From Bdellovibrionales bacterium (GTDB taxonomy: Bacteria > Bdellovibrionota > Bdellovibrionia > Bdellovibrionales > UBA1609): a stretch of 12,533 nt of DNA. Positions 1 through 8,193 of this stretch are shown here, in pieces. Every line of letters begins with the position of its first letter. The stretch's first letter is position 1. Below the pieces are notes generated by a model that did no database searches, was not told where the DNA came from, and was given only the letters and a program-made list of their open reading frames with translations. The stretch spans positions 101,370 through 113,902 of the forward strand of contig JBFWVI010000002.1 in NCBI GenBank assembly GCA_050246815.1. Reading direction: 5' to 3'. Made by a program: the position numbers and the translations under genes.

Positions 1-1034
1 AGCTCAGAAAGTGCCAAATTGATTTTCACCGAAGCACTGTCGTAGTTGATACGACGAACTTGGCGCACAAAATCCGCCGGCAGGTCACTTTCGTTGATCA
101 ACTTATTAAAAGTCACGTTTGGATCGGCGCCCGAGACAATGGCCTTGGCGGTGTATTCGCGCCCACCCTTGACCACCACGCCGATTGCCTGGCCGTCACG
201 AACCATAATGTGTTGAACAGGGGTTGAAGTGTGAATCTCGACGCCCAAAGCGCGGCAAGAATCGGCTAAGGCATTCGAGATCGCGCCCATTCCGCCACGC
301 ATATAGCCCCACACGCCGCGAACGCCATTGCATTCGCCCATCACATGGTGAAACAAAATGTAAGCGGTGCCGGGCATGGCGGGGCTGGCATTGGCGCCAA
401 TCACGGCATCTGTGGCCAAGGTCGATTTCAACTCGTCACTTTCAAACCATTCGTTCAGCAAATCAGTGGCAGAGCCTGTCATCAAACGCATGATCTCGGG
501 CCATTGGTGTTTGATTTTATCGCGGTTTTTCAGCAAGAAGCCACCATAGGTGGTCACATCCGAGAAAGTCAGCTTGCCCGGATTGGGCGGGATCATCTCC
601 ATCATGGGTTCTAAAACTTCCGAGATTTCGGTCAGCATCTCTTCGTATTTGGGATAGGCCTCGGCATCATTTTTTGAAAATTTGGCGATTTCGCTTCGGC
701 ACAAGGATTTATCCGGCCCCAGCAACATGTAGCGCTTGTCTGGGAATGGAGTAAAGCTAGACGGATCGCGCGGCAGCATTTCAAAGCCGTATTTGGTCAG
801 ATTCAAATCACGCACGATATCGGGACGAAACAAGCTATTCACATAGGATAAACGTGAGATCTTGAAACCGGGCCAAAGCTCTTCGGTGACAGCGCAGCCG
901 CCCACCACGTGGCGCGCTTCAAATACGGCCACCTTTAAACCGCTTTTGGCCAAATAGGCGGCGGTGATCAAACCGTTGTGGCCGGCCCCAACCACGATCG
1001 CGTCGAATGCTCCCAACTTTGCAGACTCCCCCAT
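1..1034 (-). CDS. Phytoene desaturase family / PYROXD2-like FAD-dependent oxidoreductase (3' end runs off the window)
   Basis: Manual translation from ATG at 1034: MGESAKLGAFDAIVVGAGHNGLITAAYLAKSGLKVAVFEARHVVGGCAVTEELWPGFKISRLSYVNSLFRP...GTAYILFHHVMG...WGYMRGGMGAISNALA...KINLALSE. It has the GxGxxG Rossmann motif (GAGHNG), the GG motif and the GGMG motif typical of this family. The frame is open to position 1 with no stop, which is why the ORF track missed it. Confidence 0.93.
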   Translation of the reverse strand, partial: MGESAKLGAFDAIVVGAGHNGLITAAYLAKSGLKVAVFEARHVVGGCAVTEELWPGFKISRLSYVNSLFRPDIVRDLNLTKYGFEMLPRDPSSFTPFPDKRYMLLGPDKSLCRSEIAKFSKNDAEAYPKYEEMLTEISEVLEPMMEMIPPNPGKLTFSDVTTYGGFLLKNRDKIKHQWPEIMRLMTGSATDLLNEWFESDELKSTLATDAVIGANASPAMPGTAYILFHHVMGECNGVRGVWGYMRGGMGAISNALADSCRALGVEIHTSTPVQHIMVRDGQAIGVVVKGGREYTAKAIVSGADPNVTFNKLINESDLPADFVRQVRRINYDSASVKINLALSE

Positions 1035-1037
1035 AAA

Positions 1038-1047
1038 CCTCTCCCTT
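1038..1047 (-). promoter_or_regulatory. Shine-Dalgarno of the oxidoreductase
   Basis: The minus strand reads AAGGGAGAGG-TTT-ATG. Confidence 0.7.
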
Positions 1048-1077
1048 GATGAGGCGAAAAGGGTTGCACGGCGGGCG

Positions 1078-1093
1078 CGCGAACACAATGCCA
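1078..1093 (-). promoter_or_regulatory. Possible sigma54 (-24/-12) promoter of the oxidoreductase
   Basis: Minus strand TGGCATTGTGTTCGCG has exact GG-N10-GC spacing, but TCGC instead of TTGC. It lies just downstream of the lipoprotein terminator and ~45 nt before the ATG. Confidence 0.3.
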
Positions 1094-1132
1094 GAGCAGT
1101 TTTTGAAAGAAAGACAGGGTGGCGAAAAGACG

Positions 1133-1166
1133 AAAAAAGGCCTCTAACCAAGAGGTTAAAGGCCTT
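1133..1166 (-). terminator. Rho-independent terminator of the lipoprotein gene
   Basis: Minus strand AAGGCCTTTAACC-TCTT-GGTTAGAGGCCTT forms a 13-bp stem with one G-U pair, running into TTTTTTCGTCTTTT. Confidence 0.85.
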
Positions 1167-1187
1167 CAAGAACCGTCGTCAAGCGAC

Positions 1188-1203
1188 TAAGCCCGAAGGC
1201 TTA
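1188..1203 (-). other. cUUCGg tetraloop hairpin that includes the lipoprotein stop codon
   Basis: Minus strand TAAGCC-TTCG-GGCTTA: a perfect 6-bp stem with the extra-stable C(UUCG)G loop. Confidence 0.6.
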
Positions 1204-1938
1204 TTTGCTCATGATAACAGTTTGGATGAATTTGGCGACGCCGTCCGAGCCCATGCCCGAAACTTCGCCGGCTTTTTCGATCCGTTGAGCCAACGAGACC
1301 ACGTTGTTGTTTTTGTAGTCTTCTTGGAACTCAGTGATGGTCGAGCCGGTCAATTCTTTAGCGAACGCATCGTAGTCTTTGTTGGTCAGAGACTCTTTGT
1401 GTTCAGCCGCGTAGGCCGCGAAACGTGCAACGTCTTCTGCTTTTTCTTCGCTCAAGCCGTACTCTTTACGTAGAGCTTCCGCTTTTTTGTCGATGGCCAC
1501 TTCTTTGCGAAGAGCTTGCATTTTAGCCAAGTTCTTGCTGCTGGCTTCGACTTGTTCGAACTGAATGCCAGAGTAGTAGTCTTCGTAAACGTTGCCGCCT
1601 TGGGGGATCAAGTCATAATAGAAATAGGCGTCGTAGTTGGTCAGATAGCTGGCCAAGTTTTCGCCGACGTTGTAGTTGCCCAACCAGTAAGCGTCATACG
1701 TGCCGTAAAGCTGATCGTACACCACAATGTAATCGGTTTGTAGAGTGTTGGTTTTCACCAAAGTCAGGTCGTAACCCGAAACATCCACGTTCACGCGACG
1801 AACGAATTCTGACGCCAGCTCTTCGTGAGTGTAGTACACGCCGCCGGTTGAGTAGTTACCACTGCCGCCGCCGCCGCAAGCGACCAGAGCCAGAGTCGCT
1901 GCAACTGCTGTTGCTGCCACTTTCATCATACGGATCAT
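1201..1938 (-). CDS. Lipoprotein of unknown function, Tyr-rich N-terminal half and helical C-terminal half (245 aa)
   Basis: Signal peptide II with lipobox LVA-C21 followed by a GGGGSG linker. Strong SD (GGGAGG, 1943-1948) and its own terminator. Codon usage is visibly biased (TAC, AAC, TTC). Confidence 0.9.
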   Translation of the reverse strand: MIRMMKVAATAVAATLALVACGGGGSGNYSTGGVYYTHEELASEFVRRVNVDVSGYDLTLVKTNTLQTDYIVVYDQLYGTYDAYWLGNYNVGENLASYLTNYDAYFYYDLIPQGGNVYEDYYSGIQFEQVEASSKNLAKMQALRKEVAIDKKAEALRKEYGLSEEKAEDVARFAAYAAEHKESLTNKDYDAFAKELTGSTITEFQEDYKNNNVVSLAQRIEKAGEVSGMGSDGVAKFIQTVIMSK

Positions 1939-1942
1939 AGGT

Positions 1943-1948
1943 CCTCCC
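1943..1948 (-). promoter_or_regulatory. Shine-Dalgarno of the lipoprotein
   Basis: The minus strand reads GGGAGG-ACCT-ATG. Confidence 0.75.
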
Positions 1949-2196
1949 TAGTAATTTGTTAGACAATTGGAACCACCTTGATTCCAAATTCCTGTGCAAC
2001 TTCGCTGATTTTTTCCAATGTTGCCAACAACTTTGACAGTCTTTACTTCTTTACATTCATAGGTAAAGTCGCCTAAAAATCCGGATCAAATTTTCACTTC
2101 GATTCTCAGCGCAAATTTAATTGGCCGGTTCAAACAAGATCCATCTAACAGGTGGACAACACGGCGCATTGACGCTAATGAAGCCGCGAGTCATGT

Positions 2197-2201
2197 GGAG
2201 G
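2197..2201 (+). promoter_or_regulatory. Shine-Dalgarno of the 1058-aa protein
   Basis: GGAGG-ACCT-GTG-GTG. The start is either GTG 2206 or GTG 2209. Confidence 0.7.
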
Positions 2202-2205
2202 ACCT

Positions 2206-5200
2206 GTGGTGCAGACACGAATTAGTTTCATTGCGTTCACGGTTTTATTTTTATGCGAAACAATTGTTGCAGCCCCATTGAGCAACTTACCGGGCTCGAT
2301 CCCTCTCAAAGATGAGCGGCAAGCGGCTTCGGATCTGGTTTATGACGGCAAAGTTTTGCAACCCGACGATGCACGCCAATTGGTGAAGAATAGAAAAGTA
2401 AAGGATCTGTCACTTTTGAATCCGATGACAGACTCAATTCTTTGGCAAGACAAGTTCACGGATGGTGTGCGCGATGATCTGGCCGAACTTAGTCTCAAAG
2501 AGATTGATGACGAAGTTGAATTCGTCGTGGAAGATCCCGTGCCAGGTAATCGCGCCTGCTTTATTGCGCAAAAGCGCCTGCCCAACGGACAGATCAAATC
2601 CTATCGCTTCTGGTTGGACGACAAAGGCCACAACATTTTGGCGCGCAAGATGTTGCTTAGACAAATCGGCTACAACGTGCCGCTCATTGCGCATATCAAA
2701 ACACTGCGGGTGAAATTCAAGGGTGCGCACTCCAAACGCCAATTCTTGGACACCCACGTGAAGAAGCGAATCTTTCGCGATGGCACCCGCTGGGTGGCCT
2801 CGGATCCGCAAACGGAAGACGAGTATTTAACTTTTCAAGATTTGATCGCCTTCGAAGGCACTACGGATTGGTTCTATAACTTGGCGACGGGCAATATCTT
2901 GCCTGGAGTGATTCAGGGCCGCCGTTTGATCAACTCGCTGTTGATCCCGTACGCACTGACCGACGTGATGGAAGACGTCGAGACGTCTTCGTGGACGTGC
3001 TCGCAAAAGTTCAACGAACTTGTTTTATTCCCGTACGAATATCAAGACCAGTTTGACCCCAGCTGGGATGATGCCCGCTGGATCATGCGCAGAATCATGA
3101 CTTTGCAGCGCGAGGATTGGGAGCGGATTGCAAAAGCTTCCTCCATGCCCCCTGAACCCGGAGCGCTGTACGGCGAAAAGATGATTTCATGTCGCGACAC
3201 CTATGTGCGGCTTTTGGATATGGAAAAAGAAGCCAAACAAAAAGAAATTGGCGCCAACCGAACGATCAGCATGGGTGAACGTTTACAAGGCGGAAAGCTT
3301 TTGGGCGGGCGACGTTGGCCCGGCTATGCCCGCAACTTCACCAGTGACGAGCCTGCATCGCCATGGAGCCTCAAAGAGATCTGGGCGATGATCAAGTCCA
3401 AGGCCTTAAGCAACATCATCAGCAACACGGTGGCGGAGTTCAATCTGCGGTATGCGCCCAAAACTGATTTGGGCTTTAAGATATTTGATCATCAGTTGGA
3501 TGTGGCGGCGAAACAGTTCGCCGAGTTTTTAACCACTGGGAAAGTTTCTAAAACGCCGTTGGGTGTTTGGAAGACCCCTTACCACAATTCGCAAATCATT
3601 GCGGCTCGTGAAGTGGTGACGGGTAGTTACTTGGGCACAGAAAACACCATTCAATTGGCGGACACCTTGGGGTTCGCGGTTGAAGGTGGCATGTTCTATT
3701 TGGGTGAAGGACTGCCGACCAAAATGACCGCGTCGGCCCGCGCCAAAGTGTCTTTGGTCATGACCTACACCCATATCAAACCTTTCAACTTGATCTCGCC
3801 GACTTTGGATGAGGATCTGTCGAACATTATTGTGCCGGCTCATAAAAATGCCGCGATTGAGCCGCTTCGAAAAATTTTGGCGATGGAAGATCGCTTGCGC
3901 CAAACGGTCGAAGGTGAAAGTGAAGACGCCAAAAAAGAACGTAAGAAAAAATTAGAGGCTGAACTGAAGGCCAACTTTGATGAATTGGCGAAATATTTGG
4001 GGCCGGGCGAATCTTATCTGATCAATACATCTTTGTCGCCCGGCTTCGACTTGACCATTGGCCGAGATTTGGCTGAAAACGCCCGCACCTACTTGCGCCT
4101 GCAAGAGCGCTTGGCGGGTGTGTGGCGCATGCACATCCACCGTAAAAACGAAACGGACGTCGATGTCTATATCGATCGTGCTGGTTATAATGAGCTTTCG
4201 GCCTCGTTGTCGTTTTTGCTTCGTATTCCTATTCTGGAACTGGGGTTTAAGTGGCTGCACTCTTTGCCTAAAACAACCCAGAGCTATTTTTACTCGTTCA
4301 GCTTGGACAGCAACTTAGATAAAAATCCGAAATTTTTTGATCACGTGACCGCTGTGGCGGCTGCCCTGAAGGGCACAGAGCGTGAATTTTTGAACACCAT
4401 CCGTAAACCCTGGCAGTTTGATCACGAGATTTCGGACTTCAGAAAAAACTTCGAACTGTTGGTATGGAAAAACACCAAAACGAGTACCACCAATCGTTTT
4501 AAGGCCATCGATCCGGATGGCAAAAGCGGCGATTACCTGCGCCGTATTCGGGCTGAACGTAAAGGCGTTGAATATGAAGGCCTGTTGGTGGACGTGACCA
4601 ACGCCCTTTTAGAAGAAAAGCATCCGGGCGTTAAAATCAACACCACACGCTCCGGCAACCCCGCCGACACCATATATGGCAAAGCGGTCACCCGTCAGGC
4701 CATGGTCGATGCCCGTGTCTTGCCCGCACCAATTCAACTGGACAACGTATTTGCTGCCATCGGTTATCGGTGGAAGGGCTGGGAACTCAAGCGAGAAGGT
4801 GTGCTTAAAGTTTTCGACGAAATCGATCGCATGTTCGGCGCCCAATTTTTCAAACGTCCGGATTTAGGCGAAACCAACAAAGTCCAATTTTACGCGATCG
4901 AAATTCAGATGGCATTTTATCGCCGGGCGATCGAGAATATTTTAAAGGTCTCAGACGCCAAAGTGCATGATCTGTTCAAGCGCTATGCCCGCCAAATTCC
5001 CAGTTACGGAGAAGGTGGAAACGACAATCAAGTTCATCCTTGGGCCACATGGCTGATCAGTGATCTAAGAAAGATGCGTACCGGCATGGCGATCGGCGAC
5101 ACCAACATGCTCAGCGATGCGTTGGTGGATGTGATCGAAGTGGCCGAAAGCCAATTGGAGTTTGATGGCTTCCGCGAATTCATCGGCGGCCAGGACAATA

Positions 5201-5382
5201 TGTTTATTCAGGGTTCGATGAAGGGCTTCCGCCAGAACTCAAAAAATCAAAAAGAGCTGCGGCCCGAAACTTTGGGGCGCATCGGTGCTTTTGAACCTTT
5301 GGGACCGATTTATACTTTGCAAAAAGAAGTTGGAATTTCCAGCGGCGAATTGCTGCTGCATTGGTTGGTGAACCCACTATGA
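2206..5382 (+). CDS. Large secreted hypothetical protein (1058 aa); possible degenerate kinase-like N-terminal domain and beta-strand-rich C-terminal half
   Basis: 3.2-kb ORF with SD and a Sec-type signal peptide (MVQTRISFIAFTVLFLCETIVA-AP). Its stop overlaps the start of the next gene (ATGA). The domain assignment is pattern-based inference only. Confidence 0.88.
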   Translation: MVQTRISFIAFTVLFLCETIVAAPLSNLPGSIPLKDERQAASDLVYDGKVLQPDDARQLVKNRKVKDLSLLNPMTDSILWQDKFTDGVRDDLAELSLKEIDDEVEFVVEDPVPGNRACFIAQKRLPNGQIKSYRFWLDDKGHNILARKMLLRQIGYNVPLIAHIKTLRVKFKGAHSKRQFLDTHVKKRIFRDGTRWVASDPQTEDEYLTFQDLIAFEGTTDWFYNLATGNILPGVIQGRRLINSLLIPYALTDVMEDVETSSWTCSQKFNELVLFPYEYQDQFDPSWDDARWIMRRIMTLQREDWERIAKASSMPPEPGALYGEKMISCRDTYVRLLDMEKEAKQKEIGANRTISMGERLQGGKLLGGRRWPGYARNFTSDEPASPWSLKEIWAMIKSKALSNIISNTVAEFNLRYAPKTDLGFKIFDHQLDVAAKQFAEFLTTGKVSKTPLGVWKTPYHNSQIIAAREVVTGSYLGTENTIQLADTLGFAVEGGMFYLGEGLPTKMTASARAKVSLVMTYTHIKPFNLISPTLDEDLSNIIVPAHKNAAIEPLRKILAMEDRLRQTVEGESEDAKKERKKKLEAELKANFDELAKYLGPGESYLINTSLSPGFDLTIGRDLAENARTYLRLQERLAGVWRMHIHRKNETDVDVYIDRAGYNELSASLSFLLRIPILELGFKWLHSLPKTTQSYFYSFSLDSNLDKNPKFFDHVTAVAAALKGTEREFLNTIRKPWQFDHEISDFRKNFELLVWKNTKTSTTNRFKAIDPDGKSGDYLRRIRAERKGVEYEGLLVDVTNALLEEKHPGVKINTTRSGNPADTIYGKAVTRQAMVDARVLPAPIQLDNVFAAIGYRWKGWELKREGVLKVFDEIDRMFGAQFFKRPDLGETNKVQFYAIEIQMAFYRRAIENILKVSDAKVHDLFKRYARQIPSYGEGGNDNQVHPWATWLISDLRKMRTGMAIGDTNMLSDALVDVIEVAESQLEFDGFREFIGGQDNMFIQGSMKGFRQNSKNQKELRPETLGRIGAFEPLGPIYTLQKEVGISSGELLLHWLVNPL

Positions 5383-8183
5383 TGAAACTCAACACATGGT
5401 TACTGGTCGTAGGATTGATTTGGCCCTTGTCGAGCGGCGCGGTGGTTTTGCCGGCCGAAGCAACAAATGCTCCAGCGAATGATCCCTTTATTGGTTATCA
5501 ATGGGCGCTTTATCCCAGCACCCAAATGCTGATCAGCGATCTGGATGATATTCATCCGGTCGAAATGACGGCCGACCCCACATTTTCGATCCGCTGGAAG
5601 CGTTTTGACTCGATGATGAAACGCGACGTGATCGTGGCCGTCATTGACAGCGGCAGCGATTCCTCTTTGCCAGAAATGAAAGCCGCGCTTATGCAGGGCG
5701 TGGACTTTTTGGCCCGCAATGCGCGCGAGAGCAAGTTCACGGATGATGACACCGGCCATGGCACCCACATGGGCTCGATCATGGCCGCCAAAGGGGACAA
5801 CCACGAGGGCATGACAGGCCTATCGAACCGAATTAAAATCCTGCCGCTGAAAGTTTACGACAAAAGTGAAGGTATGCGCGAGCGCGAACCGATCGACCAA
5901 CGCATTGCCAAGGCCGTTTTGCATGCCATGGAAAACAATGTCGATGTCATCAACTTGAGCATGGGTTGGCCACGTGTGGCCAACACGGCTGCGGCGGAAG
6001 AGGCCTTTCAAAAAGCCATTCAAGCCGGAGTGGTCATCGTTGTCGGAGCTGGCAATGATCACCACGAGGCGCAAATCTTTCCTTGTGCATATCAGGGTGT
6101 GATTTGCGTGGGCTCGATCAATATGAATGGCAAGCTTTCGGATTATTCGAACTACGGCGGTCATGTGGACATGGTGGCCCCTGGCCAGGGCATTTTGGGC
6201 CTATGGCCAAGCAAAATGCCGTCGAAGACTTTTGGCCCCAAGGGCTATGAGATCAAGTCGGGCACGTCGCAGGCCACGCCGATGGTGGCGGCAACGGCCG
6301 CTATTTTGCGTGGGATTTACCCCGACGAGCCCGCAGCACGTATTCGCCAGCGAATTTTGCAGAGCGCGCGCCATTGGTATCCGCAAATCAATGCGGGTCT
6401 GTTAGACATGACTGGTGCCGTTGAGCTTTCGCAAATCGACTATGTCACGCCGGTTTTCAAGGGCGTGGAAATGGCCGTGGTCAACCCAGTCACCAAAGAA
6501 TTCACCCTGCCTTTGTTGATTGAAACCAGTGCGCCACGAAGTTTGGATGTGATGGTCAGAGCGGTGAGTGATGGTGTCAGTTTTAGTGATGTCTTGGCGG
6601 ATTCTAAAGCCAGCGCATCAGGTTTTCGTTCTTACACCGTCCGTGGTCGCGTGACAGACCTGAATGTGGATCATCGTTTGAGTTACGAAGTGCAAATTGG
6701 CCAGCAGAAGTTCGGCCACAAAATTCTGCTGGTTTCGGATCTGACCAAAACCAAGTTCGCCACGATTCCAAATGTTGAAGGCAAGCTGTCGGTTTTTGAT
6801 CCGCGCGGGGCCAAAGTCATTCAGTTTTGGGCCTTCACCGAACGTGAAAAAGAGGGGCTTTTGCTGAAGCTTTGGCGCTATGATGGTCAGCAATGGAACG
6901 AGCGAGAGGCCAATCTGCCCCAAATGGACAAAAGCTTCAACGGTGGCATTGGTTTGACCATGTCAGATTGGGACATGAACGGTGAAGATGATTATCTATT
7001 TGTCGGCATGAAGCTTAAGGACGCAGCCAATGAAAATGGCCAGCGTGACATTGAATCCATCCATGTCTTTTATTTTGACCGCGATTTGAAGCTGCAGCGT
7101 GAATTTCCGATCGCCGGGGACTCGGCGCTGCCGGCCTATCGAAACCCCCGCGATATTTTCATGGGCAAATACACCACAAAGACGGGCGAAGCGTTTAAGG
7201 TCCCGGTGTTTTGGTCTGATGATGAGCCCATCCCCGATTTGGACGTGAATCCTGATCGCTTTGCATTTGAAACCAATACTAGACAGCGCCGCCTGTTTTA
7301 CATGGAACCTCGTCAAGACGACAAGGGTGCGTTCTATATGACGGCGCGAGCGTTGGCGGCCTATCGTTTAGATCGCTTTATGCGTGAAACTTTGAATCTG
7401 TACCCAGAGGATGACATCACCTTGATCGGGTTGAAGGTGCAATCGCAAGAAGATTTAAAAGTCGGGCGCTTGAAGCTGATGATGTTTGTCGGTCGAGGGG
7501 TTAACGGTACTCACTATCAGCTGAACATCGACGATTTGAGCCTGCCTTTTAAAAAAGAAAATCTGCTTGTGATCAACACCGGCGGCCTGCTACTTAAGGG
7601 CAGCGCCATCGAGGAAGGCTGGCAGCTCAATGGGGCCGAAATCGACCGCATCACCGACATGCAAAGCTTTTACTCTTTGATTTCGGGACGAAGCTTGCTT
7701 GAGGAAGGGCTTTATTTCCGAAAGCAGCCGCTGGCGCTGGCGCTGAACGGTGAAAAGGTTTTGGGCACACTGAAAAACTTTGTGCGCGGTCAGGATCAGT
7801 TAAGTCTACTTGAAACCACCGATTACATTCGCATGCAGGGCCGCTGGAGTGGCAAAGCGGTGAACAGCAAAGTTGGTATCTTGCGCTCGAACTTCTTGCC
7901 CGGCAAATTGTTCTCGCAAATTCTTTTGCCGGTTGTGGTGGGTTCTAAGCAGTTGCCGGGACTGATGATGGACAATAGTCAGTTTTTTTCGCGTTCTGTC
8001 TCGATTTATGGTTTGGATGAAAAAGGTGAGCTGCGTGCACCGATTCGTTTGAGCTATCAAATTCCAGATGGATGTAGCGCGGGCCGCGCGCCATTTTGGA
8101 ATGATCGGGGCTCAAGCCGTATCGTCTTTCGGTGTCAGGCTGGTGGCATGAAGGATCAAATGTTGGTCGTCGACCCCGAATAA
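5379..8183 (+). CDS. Secreted S8 (subtilisin-family) serine peptidase with long C-terminal extension (934 aa from ATG 5379)
   Basis: Intact catalytic triad: Asp in VAVIDSG (5646), His in DDTGHGTHMGS (5757), Ser in SGTSQATP (6267), plus oxyanion Asn in GAGND. Signal peptide MMKLNTWLLVVGLIWPLSSGA. ATG 5379 is preferred over the track start 5361 because it gives an ATGA overlap and a clean signal peptide. Confidence 0.95.
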   Translation: MMKLNTWLLVVGLIWPLSSGAVVLPAEATNAPANDPFIGYQWALYPSTQMLISDLDDIHPVEMTADPTFSIRWKRFDSMMKRDVIVAVIDSGSDSSLPEMKAALMQGVDFLARNARESKFTDDDTGHGTHMGSIMAAKGDNHEGMTGLSNRIKILPLKVYDKSEGMREREPIDQRIAKAVLHAMENNVDVINLSMGWPRVANTAAAEEAFQKAIQAGVVIVVGAGNDHHEAQIFPCAYQGVICVGSINMNGKLSDYSNYGGHVDMVAPGQGILGLWPSKMPSKTFGPKGYEIKSGTSQATPMVAATAAILRGIYPDEPAARIRQRILQSARHWYPQINAGLLDMTGAVELSQIDYVTPVFKGVEMAVVNPVTKEFTLPLLIETSAPRSLDVMVRAVSDGVSFSDVLADSKASASGFRSYTVRGRVTDLNVDHRLSYEVQIGQQKFGHKILLVSDLTKTKFATIPNVEGKLSVFDPRGAKVIQFWAFTEREKEGLLLKLWRYDGQQWNEREANLPQMDKSFNGGIGLTMSDWDMNGEDDYLFVGMKLKDAANENGQRDIESIHVFYFDRDLKLQREFPIAGDSALPAYRNPRDIFMGKYTTKTGEAFKVPVFWSDDEPIPDLDVNPDRFAFETNTRQRRLFYMEPRQDDKGAFYMTARALAAYRLDRFMRETLNLYPEDDITLIGLKVQSQEDLKVGRLKLMMFVGRGVNGTHYQLNIDDLSLPFKKENLLVINTGGLLLKGSAIEEGWQLNGAEIDRITDMQSFYSLISGRSLLEEGLYFRKQPLALALNGEKVLGTLKNFVRGQDQLSLLETTDYIRMQGRWSGKAVNSKVGILRSNFLPGKLFSQILLPVVVGSKQLPGLMMDNSQFFSRSVSIYGLDEKGELRAPIRLSYQIPDGCSAGRAPFWNDRGSSRIVFRCQAGGMKDQMLVVDPE

Positions 8184-8193
8184 GCGATTCAAG

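Noticed and set aside
224..614. Three short + strand ORFs (224-493, 345-614, 367-549)
   Set aside because: They are antisense shadows of the minus-strand FAD oxidoreductase, which has clear family motifs.
1..1034. crtI / carotenoid cluster assignment
   Set aside because: The motifs fit the broader PYROXD2-like subfamily (GAGHNGL, HHVMG) and no crtB/crtE genes are in the window.
964..1473. 169-aa + strand ORF
   Set aside because: It overlaps two real minus-strand genes and a terminator, and has no SD or recognisable motif.
1984..2000. sigma54-like TTGCACAGGAATTTGG upstream of the lipoprotein (- strand)
   Set aside because: It lacks both the invariant GG and the correctly spaced GC.
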